64,000 nt of DNA from Felis catus (lineage: Eukaryota): positions 42,844,001 to 42,908,000 of the forward strand of contig NC_058368.1 in assembly GCF_018350175.1 (NCBI RefSeq), written 5' to 3'. Below, piece by piece: positions 33,665 to 47,805 of the stretch. The translations under genes were made by a program, and so were the position numbers. The notes below the pieces were generated by a model. It saw nothing but the letters and a program-made list of their open reading frames with translations, was not told the DNA's origin and ran no database searches. The first letter of the stretch is position 1; each line of letters opens with the position of its first letter.

Positions 33665-35750
33665 GCTATTGAATTGGTGAATGGATAAGTGAAGCAGAAT
33701 AAAACAAAACTGGATCCACCATCTCTGAAATTTCTAGGGGTTCATTAGTTTGGGACATGTCAAGATATTTCCTGTAAGGCCAAAGACAACTTGCTTCATT
33801 TGGAATCTCCTAAATTTAAGAAGGTGCATAATGCTTTTGGTTTACTAGGAGAACTTGGTAGAGATTTTATACTTAACCATGGGATGCTACATTACAATAT
33901 GAATTGAGTTGCGTCTAACAAAGGTAATGTTATCTTACCTTTCAAGCCATGGCGCTGGAAATGCACAGAAACTCTCCATCATCAAGTGGAAGTGCTATCT
34001 ATAAGATTGATATTGAAAGCATATGTAAATTGCAAAAACAAGTGACTTTGACTCCCATGCCTTCTAGTTCTGATACCTTGCCCATTCTCTCTGCAGTACA
34101 ATCTCAAAGAGATCTCCCTATAAACCATTGATGGAGTTGGGGAAAATCAAAACAAAACAGAATGAGACCCAGACAACAGATAGTTCTGCACAATATGCTG
34201 GCATGATCTGAAAGTGGCCCTACAGCACTATAGCATCACTCATGGAAGGACCTGAAGAATAGTGGCTAAGGACTTAGGAGAAATGAGATTTAAAATTGAT
34301 GATAAGAAGATTTCAGGAAAAAGTATGTGGTTAGACCTTTCAGAATTGCAACAAGGTGTCAAAATATTTCTTTTCATTGTGAATATTCACTAAATGGCAA
34401 CCACTGTAGAGAAAGTTCTCAGTAATTTGCTGTCAAGATGACCTGTTCTTTGGATATCTGCAGGTTGTTTTCTCAGACATTCCATAGGGATGAGCTCCCA
34501 GCATTGAGTTTCACTTACCAATGCTGATCTGGCTACCATATTGCTGAATGAAGAAATGACACCCCTGGAGGATATGCCAGCCACCACAAGAGAGGATGTT
34601 TACAATAGACTAAAACTTTCATGGCAGGAGCAGTGACTTCTCTTTCCTGGGAAAGACATTTAGTCTGAATATGGATTTGTCTTCATATCTGCAATGCTTC
34701 TTCCGTATACCATTAGTGGACTTATGGGTGACATTCCTAATATAGAACAAACACAACATATCCTCTGATTAAGGAATTCACTAAAAGTGAGTGAACATGG
34801 CAATGTGCTTGTATCCATCAAATTTATTATTGTTATAATATCTATTATCTGACCACTGACCTAATAGAACAATGAAATGGCTATTAGAAACTCAGTTATG
34901 GTGCTGTGTGACAGCATCTGTCAGGTTGAGCATTCTAGATCGTAAAATGTTCTGAATTTGTGATCAGTATATGGTATCATTTCTCTCATAGCAGGCTGCT
35001 TACATTTAGGAGTCAAGGTGTGGAAATGGAAGTGATTTTGGTTGCTGTAACTATAATAATTTACTGCAAAATGTTTGTTTCCCATCCCTGCAAATTTAGG
35101 TTTTTCTGGTTCCCAAAGAAGGAATGCTTCCAACCAGGAAACTCAACACAAATTCCATTGAATTGGAAGATTGCTTACACCTTGGCTACTTTAGAACCAA
35201 CAGGCTCATAAAAGATTTAATGTACTGGCTGGTATGACAGATCTTGATTATCCAGGGGAGATAGGATTGCTAATAACAAATGAGGTCAAGGATGACTATG
35301 GCTGGAACTAGTGATGGTTCCTAGTACTCCCAAATGCATTGATAAACTTAAATAAGCAACTAAAGCAGTTGCATACAGGCAAGACTGCTAATGGCACATA
35401 TTCTTCAGAAATTATAAGTTGGGTCACCTCCTCTCTTTCTGCCAGAAAAATAACAATGACCAGTTGAAGTATTGGCTGAGGGCCAAAAGTATGTTGAAAG
35501 GTGGGGAAAAGGAAGTTATAAATATGAACTCTGGTCAGAATATAAGTTAAAGAAGTGAAGACCGTAGTAGTTATACACTTTTTCTTCTATGCTTTGAGAT
35601 ACCTATCTCTATCTCTATCTCTATCTCTATCTCTGTCTCTATTAAACAATCATTTTCCTTTCTTCCATTTCCCTACAATTTAGCAAAAAGTGTGTTAATG
35701 GGTAACTATGTTTCAGGATTTAAATTAGAAGATATCAGTTGGAGGTTGTG
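33665..35750 (+). mobile_element. Highly decayed ERV-L internal sequence (pol RNase H/IN plus dUTPase)
   Basis: dUTPase motif-III-like peptide VLAGMTDLDYPGEIGLLI at 35222-35275, downstream of pol-like remnants (cagatagttctgca, ctaatagaacaatgaaatggc, attccattgaattggaag); dUTPase after IN is the ERV-L arrangement. Confidence 0.75.
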
Positions 35751-36621
35751 ATATGACAGATATGAAAAATCACAAGGGGACAGATAAAATGACACAAGGG
35801 TTTTGTGTCTTCCCATTTGAATTACCTGTTGGCAAGTTGCTATCACCAGTGCTTCCTTCTAAGGTTGCAGAGGAGAAGACGGTAAGTACATTTCTTAACA
35901 TCCATTTTTCTGTACAGTTCCAGGATAGACTCTGCCAAAAAAAGTACTTGAGTTATATATTGAAGGTGGAAAAGAAATCTTCTTCTTCCAAAGTCAACTG
36001 CAGACAGATGTCTGGGCAATGTGACATGGCTTATGGTTTCCCCAAGAGCTCCTGAGAATCATCTACCTCACTGTTTACAATAAAACAGATGATGGGAAGT
36101 TATGAGATTTCTCCTTTTCCCTGCAAACCTCTCAGGTGAACCTACCTTAATGCTATATGTTGAGTTCTTTTGACCTCAATGGCAGTTTCCCTGACCTTCA
36201 GTAATGATTTAATGGCTTCCTTGACTTGACTTTTGCATACCCAACTCTTCCTGTTAGCCCCTAATTTCTATAGTAAACTACATTCCCATATTACATAAGA
36301 TGGTCTATGGGTTTGTTGTCATTTTCTTTGTGTCTTTGTTTGTCCCCTCTGTCCCCAACCAAAATCTGGTTCAAAATTCTGTGACAGAGTTTGTCAGAGC
36401 ATGTCATTTAACATGGAGCCAATTAATTCTAAGGTGGTGAGTGTGCGCAAATCCCTACCAGTTTAATCAATACATTTGAAAGAAGTCAAGTTGACTGTTG
36501 AAGGTAATTAAAAACAAGCAAGCAAACAAACAAACAAAACCCCAGATCTTTCTCATTCCTTTTTACAGTATCTGTATATTTTTGGAGACTCTGCTTCTCA
36601 AAATGCTATTTGGAAATATAT

Positions 36622-37046
36622 TGTTAAAAATCAAAATTCAACCAGTTAAATTTGAAAATCTAACTAGCTTTATTAAATGACTCATGAAATGGAGAGCATT
36701 TCATATAGCAAGTAAAGGGGAACACCAAGGAGTTATACAAAATATAAGGTTTTTATAGGAAGGAAGGTGGTGCAAGGGAGTTATTAGCGAAAGAAAAGGA
36801 TTTTTTTCAGGTCAGATGATTTTCCCTTAGCAGGAAGAGTAGGAGGTTTTATCTTCCTTTATAGAGGGGGTAGAGAAGGGTTCATGTGACAGATTACCTT
36901 ATTGTTTGATCAGAAAATTCCCAAATGACTGGCTAAGACTTAAATTTCTCAGGAGGGTTGAAACTGCAATTAGATTAGGTCTTACGCCTCAATTTGATGA
37001 CTTGGCTACGTGATGCCATTTTGGGTCTGTGGGTTCCTTTTTAACA
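36622..37046 (-). mobile_element. ERV1 (MER4-group-like) solo LTR
   Basis: TGTTAA...TTAACA ends; 4-bp TSD ATAT (36618-36621 / 37047-37050); minus-strand AATAAA and TATAAA. Confidence 0.88.
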
Positions 37047-37382
37047 ATATGAGCATTTGCAGCTGGATCAAAGCAAGTCACCTGTTTAGATAAGGTAGAA
37101 TATGGATGTTTGTTTATGTAAGTGTCTTGTTTGAATAGGGGAGTTGTGGTTGATACTGATAATTATTGACACTAATAATTATAGAATTTCTGCACATACT
37201 TTGTTTAAACTAAATAATTTTGTAGATAAAAATAAATGGGCGACCAAGGCAAAACCTATAACTCTTTGCCACTTATTTTATATATTTGTAAAATCAGGGT
37301 AAAAATAGCAACTGATGTTGTGAGAACGTAATGCTAAAATACTTACAGATTACACAATGCCTGTTATAAATAAGTCATGCTT

Positions 37383-37603
37383 AAAATATTTTTTAATGTT
37401 TATTTTTGAGAGAGAGAGAGAGAGAAAGAGAGGTAGAGAGATAGAGTGCAAGTAGGGTAGGTGCAGAGAGAGACACACACAAAATCCAAAGCAGGCTCCA
37501 GGCTCTGAGCTGTCAGCACAGACGTGGGGCTTGAATTCACTGACCACAAGATCATGACCTGAGGTGAAGTCGTATGCTTAACTGACAGCCACCCAGGCAC
37601 CCC
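37383..37603 (-). mobile_element. CanSINE
   Basis: SINEC body; TSD aaataagtcatgc / aaataagtcatac. Confidence 0.94.
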
Positions 37604-38324
37604 AAATAAGTCATACTTTCTAGCTTACCAGGAAGCATCAGAATTATAGGGACTGAGTTCATGCCTCTAAGCATTTTATGAGAAATTCAATATTGACATG
37701 CTTTTTTGACTATCTAGAGTCAAATCTAGGAAAAAAAATCTTGTATTTGTATTGACTTCACCTATTTTACTTATGTCACATATTTAAGTTCTTTATCATT
37801 AGATTATTGAAATAAAGACTCCTTCTGAGCCTACTAATGCTAGTGTTTGTCTCGTATTCCTCTCAGTCAGGGCCAAAGTTCCTGGAATGCTACAATTGCT
37901 TATGATCCTCTCCTAACATAATTGGTGTCTATCATAATTTGATTTAAGTGTTTGCATTGGCTGGTAGAAATTCAAAAAACCAAATGGTTTGTTTTGTGGG
38001 GAAAAAGCAGATGTGAAATAATCCTCAAAATATGCAACATGATGCTTTTTGTTAATGCAGCATAAAGATAATTATGAAAAATATTTTTAAAGACCTACTT
38101 ATTTCTTGGAATCTTATAAAAATGATATTTACTTTATTTAGAAGTAAAAATCCACTAAACTAAAATTACATTTCAGCATATGCTAATACCAACTCAACAC
38201 AAATATAGGGTTCAAAAATATATTTTGATTACCATAATATAGACTACATTAGGAATTCATTGGCTATTGAACTCTATTTTATATGTGGTTTGCTTGTATC
38301 AAAAGCTCACCCAGTCTCACCCAG

Positions 38325-38536
38325 TTTTTAAATTTTTTTTAATGTTTATTTATTTTTGGGATAGAAAGAAAGAGCGTGACTAGGGGAGGGAAGAGAGAGA
38401 GGGAGACACAGAATCGAAAGCAAGTTCCAGGTTCCCAGCTGTCAGCACAGAGCCCCACGAGGGGGTTGGACACACAAACTGCAAGATCATGACGCCGAAG
38501 TCAGATGCTCAACCAACTAAGCCACCAGCGTGCTCC
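38325..38536 (-). mobile_element. CanSINE
   Basis: SINEC body and tail; TSD not clear. Confidence 0.9.
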
Positions 38537-38916
38537 AAACATTAATTCTTTAAGGTGTAATATGGCCTAAAATTTTTTTAAGAAGCTTAATGTAATTCAG
38601 TGTTTAAGAAGACAGCCTTTATCAGTGAGGCTTTTGCTCCAGTGTTTGCCTCTGCTTTTTCTGGTCAAATGACTCTCCATTATGCCTTCCCTCCCCAAAA
38701 CAACCACTGATCCTCTTGGAAAATTCCGAAACTCTGAACTTTTCTACATAGGAGGCGGCTAACTCAGATCTTGGGAACCACATGAGATTTTTGGTTTGGT
38801 TTTATAACCTTCCCAAATCTTGCCCAATCTGATTGCATCATGTTTTCATTTCTTCCCAATGTTCAGAGCCCCACCAAAAAGATCCTGTCATTCCAATCAC
38901 TTTGACCCTTGTAATC

Positions 38917-38950
38917 TGCTATGGACTGAATGTTTGTGTCCCCCTGAAAT
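38917..38950 (+). mobile_element. 5' tip of an MLT1A-like LTR
   Basis: tgctatggactgaatgtttgtgtcccc is the reverse complement of the end of the MaLR copies at 16345 and 63326. Confidence 0.6.
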
Positions 38951-39693
38951 TTAAAATTAGTATATCAAAAACCTTAATTCTAATTGTTTTATAAAATATG
39001 GGTAATAAAGTACCTTTCTGTGAAGAAAACTTTTCAAATTATTGATTCTTTTCCTTGGTTTTAATCTTAAATGGAGAATTACTAGGCTTTCGGGTATGAC
39101 GTTTATTATATATTACTAAATTTGTATTCAGAAAATTTCTACCAATTTGTACACATAAAACATTGAGATTGACATTTAAAAATCTTTGTTAATTTGCTAT
39201 TTGAAACAACTATTTCGCTATTTTTTAAATTTTATTTTTCTGTAATTACATGTGATAAATGCTAATAAACATTTATTTTTCAGCATATTTTCTAAATGTA
39301 CTTTACACTAGTCTCTCCATGTCTTCCCACAAAAAAACTTTCATAAAATTTAATTGTAATTACATTAAACTTACAAATGGGTTTAGAAATAACTGATAAA
39401 TTTATTATAATATCTATTTATTCAAGTTCTCATTGAGCAGTTTATATTTGTATGCCTAAAAGAGTCTGCATATTTCTGTGTTTGCTCATGTGTGTGCATT
39501 GTATTTTTTTATTCATGATGCCATTCCACCCCGGTTTTATAAATCATTTAAGATATTTTACATAGTTTCAAAAAAGATGAAAAAAATATCTTAAAGTAGA
39601 ACTTATCGAAGTTACAAGTTCCAGTCTAAAGAACCATGTGTACAATGTGTCACCTGTCTTTATGACACTCAATATTTCTTAATACGATGCAGT

Positions 39694-40063
39694 TCTTAAG
39701 AAGAACCACAGGTCTAAAATGGAATCACTTAGGTTAAGATCCCAAGTCAATAAACCAAGATTAATACCTAACCTAACTGCAATTTCAACCCCACAGGAAT
39801 GTAATCTTTAACCAGTCAACATGGAAATTTCTTGGTCAGCCCTAGAAAATTTCCTGATAGACCCCTACCATTCCCCTTAGGAGGGTGACCTTGCCTAAAA
39901 CAACGGATTCTTTGTTAATAATTTCCTTTTTTCCATGACCTCTCTACCTTTAAAAATCTTTTCTTTCCTGTAGCCATTTGGAGCGCTCCTCTATTTACTA
40001 GAAGGGATATGTCCAATTCATGAATTAATAAAGTCAACTTTACTCATTTGTTGTTGTTGAACA
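39694..40063 (+). mobile_element. ERV1 (MER4-group-like) solo LTR, related to 36622-37046
   Basis: 4-bp TSD CAGT (39690-39693 / 40064-40067); AATAAA ~40027; aligns to the reverse complement of 36622-37046 (aaaatgg.atcac, cctaa.ctaa.tgca.tttcaaccc). Confidence 0.85.
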
Positions 40064-41499
40064 CAGTACAGTAGAGTCAGTGAAGATTCATGCCTTAGAT
40101 TATTCAGGAGAATTGTAAACCCACCCCTGCTGTGCATTGTTCTGTAATTTTTAGACAAATATTTGAATTCTCTAAGGCTTTTCCTCAATTATAACACGGG
40201 AATAATAAAAGTCATAAAACTGTTATTAAGGTATTATAAATCTTGCATGAAGATTAAATGAAATCAATAATGTAAAATGTTAGAGAAGGAACAATCAATA
40301 GAATTTAGCTATTAATATTATTATTGGTCTATTTCTCTAAATGTATCCCTTGTCTCTACATTTTTCTATTAGAACATGAACCTCCATCTCTGACTTTCAG
40401 ATGCCACCACTTAATCCTACTTAATAATTACAAAGCTTTTTACCCCTCAGAGTGAAGTGAAGCTTTTATTTCTTGGCTCAGTCAAGGGGCTATCCTTTGG
40501 ATAAAACGAGTGTAATGAATTTTGGACATTTGCTGAAGACAGATTATAATTTATACTTTATACCTGAATGTGCATAGAGGAAGTTATAAGGAACATGATT
40601 TATAATGTTCAGAAGATTAAAATATTTCAGTTTTCAGAGAAAACCAAAGTATTGTTAGGGTGGAAGCCAGACACTTTTTGCGGGGGGGGGGGGAGGTGTC
40701 ATAATGTGAAGACAGCATGTAATTTGACAAACAATATCCTCAACAACATCCGTTCATTCTGCAGCACAGCAACAGGTTTCTTAAAACTGCTTCCTAGAAA
40801 TTCCATCCCTGTAGACCGATATGATGACAAAGGGAAAATCAATAAAAGTAATTCTAAAAGAACCACAAAACATGTGGTTCAAAAAAGTACTTAGTTCCTT
40901 GCTGATATGACTTAATTCAGAGTAGTCCTGTCTTCTTTTCCTTGTGGTTTCCAAAATTTTCCGTTGAAGTTGTATCTACATTATTATTATATGTGTATTT
41001 TTTAAGTGCCAGTAAAACTAGAATGCATAAAGGGGATGTCCCTGCCCTTGAGAAATTCACAATCTGGTAGGGAAGTCAGATCTGTGAAGAGGTGATCCTG
41101 ACACAATGCCTTAAAAGCTGTCAGTTATTAACACCGTAGGAGGCTCACAAAGGAGGGAACAGCTTTTGCCCTGTGGTGCAAATGGATAAGATTTCACAAA
41201 GGAGGTGACTACTGAGTTTCAGTCTCCAAAGATGAGTAAGAGTTTAACAGACAGAGAAAAAAGTAGGCTTCTTCGCATATAGCGGCATTTCACTTAATCA
41301 TCTGGAAAAAATTCCCATAGATTTTTCTTAGAACCTGTAAGCATTATATGAAGTTAGTGATATGACACAGATAGTAGCTATAAAATTTGACTTGCACCTA
41401 GAAAATAGAGAAGCAAAATTAAGGTGCCATATAGCTTTGGTACAGGTAATCAAAACAAATCTATGAAGATATTTCATTTGAATATAACCTTTAGATGCT

Positions 41500-42070
41500 C
41501 AATATTAATATTAAAATTTTTTGAAATGTAATATCTATATAGAAACATGCATATATCCTAATAGGACTTGACAAATTTTCACTAACTAAACACATTCGTG
41601 TAATCAGCACTCAGATTAAGACACAGAATATTATCAGCATTTCTGAAATATATCCAGAATCCTTCTCATTACACCTTAAAGTCACTATGCAATTCTTCAA
41701 GGGGACCATTATCCAGGCTTCTAGCACAGGTTGTTTTCACATTTATTATTTCATTTGACATGAAGGAAATCGAAGAAGATATATGTATTCTTGTGTGTGG
41801 CTTCTTACATTCAACATTTGGGTCTTGAAATTGATTTATATTATTAAGTAAGGTAGTGGATGGTTTATTCTCATCACTGTATTATACTTATTCTATAATT
41901 TATTCACCATTTCCACTCTCTATAGGAATTTATTAGTTTTAAATTTGGGGTTATTCTGAGTAGTGCTGTTAGAACATTTAGTACTTATTTCCTGATTAAC
42001 ATATGTATGTGTGTTTGTTAGAAATACAGTTAGAAACGTATTGCTGCATCATGAGGTGTGCATATAGTCA
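41500..42070 (-). mobile_element. Old L1 3' region
   Basis: Reverse-oriented L1 3' motifs (gtatt cttgtgtgtggcttcttacattcaaca, tttggggttattctgagtagtgctg). Confidence 0.6.
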
Positions 42071-43959
42071 CATTCATTTAACTTTTTGCTTCAGGTTTAA
42101 GCTCCATTTGTGGAACTGGAAGTAATAAGAGTTTGGACAGACATGGCCAGAAGATCAGTATTGACCAACACTTCACTCTCCACCTCTGATTGTCTTACTA
42201 AATGAAGTAACTATTTCCCTATATTGGATTGTTTCCCAAGGAACTACTTAGCCTACACAAAATTAATCTTCTGACTAATTCATTTTACAAATGTGGTATA
42301 CAGTATCAGATGGACCCAAACAGGATAAGCCAATTTCTCCTCTTCCAGTCTGCCACTACACCAAAAACTATTCTACTTATCCATCTACAATAAATATGAA
42401 TCCAGACTATATTTCAGTGTGAGTTGGGAAATAAAATGCACAATATCAAAAGTAACATGATAATAGTTTGAACTTAAACAGAAAATGGAGCACCATATTG
42501 CTTTCTTGTAAAGTATAATGAAGCATTCTTTTAAAAATGAAGTGATTCATTTGTACATAGATCACAGACGTATTTGCACAAGGACATATTTGTGTAACTG
42601 AGTCCTGGAAAAGATTCAGCTTGTGCTTTTTTTAAAAAAGAGAAAAACTAAATGTTTAAAATAACCTCTACAGTCCTATGAAGTTTTATGTAGCCACATT
42701 GGTAAATAACCAGCAAGGTGGTATAAAAGACTAAATGAAAGGTAAGGGAAGGTTAGGGCCAAATAAAGCAGAAGGTGGGAAGATGGGTAAACTGGAAAAG
42801 TGACATAGAGTCTTAGAAAAATAGTGTGTCATTAGAATAAATAATTACTGTTCACCCACTACATTTGAGATTGTGTATTGGTAGATTTTACTAACAAATA
42901 AAAGCTACATCTGCTCACAAAAACTGCAAAATCAGTTGGGGAAAAAGCCATTTCAATAAATGGCTTGGACACAAAACAACATGTGATGTGCTTTACATAA
43001 GAGGGACAAAGGGCACGTATGCACGATAGGTGACAAGTAAATGTGGGAACGTCCCCCAAAGTTGTTTACAACAACTTTGTAGGAAAATGTGTAAAACGCT
43101 GATGGAAACTGTCATGAACAGCTGAAACTTAAAGTTGAATGGGTGAGAAGTTTATCATTAGTCCACAGGACAAGAAATCCTCCTGGTTTAGACTAAGGAG
43201 AATGTTGTGAGATTTAAAAATATTTCTAAGTGTAAATCTGAAATTCAGTCTTCAAGCTTAACCCTCCCTCCTGGGTTAAGTACACTGAAAAGGGTAGAGT
43301 ATACTGAAAACCTGAGGCCTGTGGTGGAGAAACTGAGGCAAGTGTCACATTGACCATAAAATAATCAAAAGAAAATGGACAAACCGATAAATTATCCGTG
43401 GCTTTTATGTTTTTTTTAAAGTATATGAAGTCAATATTTCTAGAACAGTTGTTTTCAAGGTAAATTGATTAGAGGCTGAACAGGAAGATGATGATGATAT
43501 GAAAGCAGCAGGAATTATATGTCATGGTAATGAAGTAAGAAAATGATTTTTATGATCACCAATTATTACATTAATGAGGAAATTAATCAAATACGGGAAA
43601 CATAATTGGAAAACTGATGAGTGAATATGATTGACTGTATTACATGGGTAATAAGTTAAGACACAGAATAGGAGGTTTTTATATGTTTAGTATTAGAATT
43701 TTATCCAAATGTCTGCCTTCAGGAAGATAAGGCAAAAAAATGACAGTTGCCATGAACTGAATGGTGATTTTCTGGATAATTTCAAGGTGGATGACTGGTG
43801 GCCTAAAATATACTGATAAATGCCACTTTCTTTTATGTTACATAAAATGTTGACTTTTTTATTGTGTTCTAATCAACTTCATCAGAATATAAGTTCTTTG
43901 AAAGAAGGGATGGTGAATTATAATGTCTAGGGTCTGGCACAATAGGATCAAAATGTGAT

Positions 43960-44480
43960 CATCTTGCAAGAAAGATAACTCCACTGAAGATGACTTAAGT
44001 GAAACTTTGTCATAAGGCCTTGAGGGCATCTCAAAGAATCAAAGGGAAAGAACAAACATTTAGTAATATTTTGCATTTTAGTAATATGCTAGAACCAGGG
44101 TCAGGCAAAATTTGAATGTTCTTCCTGTATGTTAACACTGTGTATCTATGTTTAATCTGAACCCTTTCCTCCTTCTTGGCAGAAGAGTTTTCTTGATCTC
44201 TCTAGTCCTTCTGGTGAAATGGACTGCTACTGAGTGCCCCTTAGTGTCCATGTTACAGGACCATTCAGTCTGGGAGAGACCAAGTACACCGTTTGCAACA
44301 CCAATTTGAATTTCCCGGAAGGGACAACTGTATGAATAAATTTGATACAGGTGTCCAATCCTGGACTGAGCAACTGTAGCCAGGAGCACGGCAACAGATG
44401 GTTCCAGCATGGTGCCTGCCCAAAGAACAAACATTTATAAAGGAAGGAACAATTGTTCTGAAATACCTTACAGTGGATGT
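43960..44480. mobile_element. Ancient MaLR (MLT1J/K-like) remnant
   Basis: caggtgtccaatcctggactgagcaactgtagccagg resembles a recalled MLT1J/K motif; boundaries approximate. Confidence 0.45.
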
Positions 44481-44669
44481 TCTCATTGTGGATGTGTTAA
44501 ATGAATAAAAAGAAAGTCACATTCAGTTCTCCTCTAGTGATTCATGTATTCCATCCGGCCAGACATTTTTAGTATCCAAGCTGTTTTAAGAACAACATAA
44601 TTAATAAAAGAGCCAAAGTTATTTAGGATTAAAGGAGACTACTAGAATTTTCTTTTATTCTCAAACCGT

Positions 44670-44915
44670 ACTATTTGACTAGAAGAATTAGATCCTTATG
44701 TGTTCAAATCGCACCTCTTCCACTTGTTAATTTTGCATGTTTTAGATGCGATTCTTTTCCTTAATAAGACACATTTCCACATCTATAAAATGGGAATAAT
44801 AATTAATAATAAGTATTTTACAGTGTTATTGTATATATGAAAGGAGATATTTCCTGAAAAGTGCTTCACATTGGTCTTAGCATATAGCAAACAAGCTTTC
44901 AATACTGTACTATTC
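44670..44915 (+). mobile_element. MIR
   Basis: gttcaaatc...ttccacatctataaaatgggaataata...aaagtgcttcacattggtcttagcatatagcaaacaagctttcaata. Confidence 0.75.
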
Positions 44916-44945
44916 TTAAAACTTTTATTCTTTTTATTAGACAAT

Positions 44946-45396
44946 TGTATTAGTTTTCTATTAGTGCTGTAACAAATTACCACAAACTTAGTGGCTTCAA
45001 AACAACACAAATTCATTATCGTGCAGGAGGTCAGAACTCTGAAACAGGTTTCTCTGAGTTCAAATGGAACTTTCAGGAAAGCCGCAGTACTTCGGGGGGG
45101 AAGAATCTGTTTCCTTAAATTTCCCAGCTTCTAGAAGCCAGTCACCTGCATTCCTTGACTCATGACCCCTTCCTCCACCAATAAGACCAGCAGTGTAGCA
45201 TTACCAACCTCCCTTCCTGACCCAGACACTCCTGCCTTCCTTTTATAAGAAACCTCTTGATTAAATTGGGTCCACCTGGATAACCCCAAGATAATCAACC
45301 ATCTAAGATTCTTCTTCACTTTTCCTGGGTAAATTAGCATATTCACAAGGATTAAGATGCAGACACATTTGGGGAGCTATTATTTTGCCCACAACA
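44946..45396 (-). mobile_element. MaLR solo LTR (MLT1C/D-like)
   Basis: tgtattagttttctatt..gctgtaacaaattaccacaaacttagtggctt start; 5-bp TSD ACAAT (44941-44945 / 45397-45401). Confidence 0.88.
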
Positions 45397-47631
45397 ACAA
45401 TAATGTTCTTTCTTGATAGCAAGGGTCTATTTTATAAAACTTAGTCTATGAAGATGTAAATTGGTTCTAAATAAATTTAGAAATTTATTTCCTAACTAAA
45501 GAGACTATAGTAACTGATGAAAAAATACCAATAAAGTCAGATCTATGGAATAAGAAGAATAGAATTATTGATGCTGGCATTAAATTATTATGAAAATATT
45601 TCTCATACATATATTCATGAGTATTTTTTGATATTATGTTAACATATACAAAAGAAGTTATAGGTAGGTATATACCATGTTGCTGAAAATATTATTCCAA
45701 ACAAGGTACTTCTCAGTTACAAGTTGTTCTTTATAATCTACTGATGTATGTAATTTTATTATCAATGACCTATATGCTTAAAGCAGATCAAAATATTTGA
45801 TCATATATAAACAATAAAAATATATTCTAGACATATTGTGAACACGTATTTTTAATTTTATTTAATTCTGGCAATTGTCTAGAGGATAGGAACAAATCTC
45901 CAGCTTCCAGTAATATTTTTCTTTTCTATCGTTGGACATCACATGTAAAGCAATTTTGCTCTTGAGCAAAGAGAACAGAAACTCTTTGGCTGACTCTTTA
46001 CAGCTGAGACAATCCTACCTAATCACTGTTAAATGCAAAGCAAAATTCAAAAACAAGGTTCTTATTTAAATTGACTAATAAAAACAAAGTACATAGTTCT
46101 AAATTGAATTGTTAGTTTGCTCTTTTTTTTTTTCCACTGTTTGTTTTATAAGCGGATTCTAAATGTTCATTCAGACTTTGGACAAATCATTAATTATTAC
46201 CCAGAGGATGCCTCCTGTTGCAACACAAGTGTCCAGAAGTTAGTCTCTATTGGGCCTCTCAGGTGAGCCAAATTCTGACTGGCTTTAAAGTTTAAGCTTC
46301 AAGCTAGTTTGATTTGATTTAATCTTGGATTATTTGAAAGATCATTGATTTTTCTGTGTGACTTTTGTTTTGTTTCCAATTTTGACAGTGCTTTGAGATG
46401 GCTTTTCCTCCAAAAGCACTCCATAAAATAAAGTTGTGGTAAAAAAAAAAAAGCCTTGCTTTAAGGTTACCTGGTGATATCCCCACATGACATTTGCTTT
46501 AAAAGTATTCTGTGAGAAATAAACAGCCTTTCCAAAAGGAAAATAGCTCTTGAAAAAGGGAAAAAAAAAAACCCTGCTACTGAAGATAAGCAAAAAGGAT
46601 AATGAATGTTATAATCTCCAAAAATTATGGCTCTATTTATCAAACTTTATATGTCAGATGAAGGGATAGTAGATTAAAAGACCCTACTTGTTTATATGCA
46701 CCAAGAGGCCAAATTAGGTCCCCACTTTCTTGTGCTAAAACCTGATTAAGCTGTTCTGAACATACTCCTTTCTGAAGGTTAGAGAAGCAAATAAATAGTA
46801 GGTGAAAGGGTTATGTCTGATGACCTGACAATTGAAATGAATGAATATACAAACACATCATTTATTAAATCAACTGATATAAAACATGAGAGCCCATTTC
46901 GATTAAGAGGCTAAAGAACAGATTTAACTAAGGATTTAATTTCTGAGTAGGCAACTTGATCATCTAATTAACAAAAGATTATAAATCATGCTTTATTAAT
47001 AATTCAATTCAATCACAACTTTTGTCAGATACAGTGCTAGGCCCTGGGAATAAACTTGTAAAGGAGATGAAGGGGGTCCTTTTTCCCATGAACCATAAAA
47101 TTCACTGGAGAGAATGAACAATAAACAATTAATTTCAAATATACTGAGTATGAAAGCAGTAGAAAGAGATGCTATGGGACCATATGGCAAAACAGTCTAA
47201 CCCATTGTTCTTGCTGCATTGCCTTGTAAATTCTTTAGTGGGATCTCCCACCGTCCTGAGGGTACTAAGTAGAATGGTAAATACTTCCTTTCTCCTTCCA
47301 TTTGTTTCTACATTTCTTTAATTTAACCTCCTTCTCTTACATAAATATCTATATAAAGTATGAGCTCACCTTTCTCTGCTCAGAATGGGCAATAGCAGTC
47401 AACACAAACACACACCTTGCCTTCATAGGGTTTAAAATAAACAAGGTTATACAAATATTGAAGAAACAAATAAATGAATGATTGTTAATTGCTATTGATA
47501 AGTTTTTTAAATGAGAAGTACAAATTGCTGTGAGAGAGAAAACTAGTCTGGGTTGATATCTGAGAAATTGTTTTGAGGAGTTGATACTTAAATTGAGATT
47601 TTTAAGAATAGGAAAAGAACAGGAAGAAAAC

Positions 47632-47757
47632 GGGGTGCGTGGGTGGCTCAGTCGGTTGAGCTTCTGACTCTGGTTTCAGCTCAGGTCATGATCTTACAGT
47701 TTTGTGAGTTCTAGCCCCGTGTTGGGCTCTGCACTGCCAGTGTGGAGAGACTGCTTG

Positions 47758-47805
<48 letters not shown>

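Noticed and set aside
36622..40063. The two related LTRs as the ends of a single provirus
   Set aside because: Opposite orientation, separate TSDs, and no retroviral internal sequence between them.
44132..44486. Three overlapping minus-strand ORFs
   Set aside because: No recognisable homology; the sequence resembles an old MLT1 LTR.
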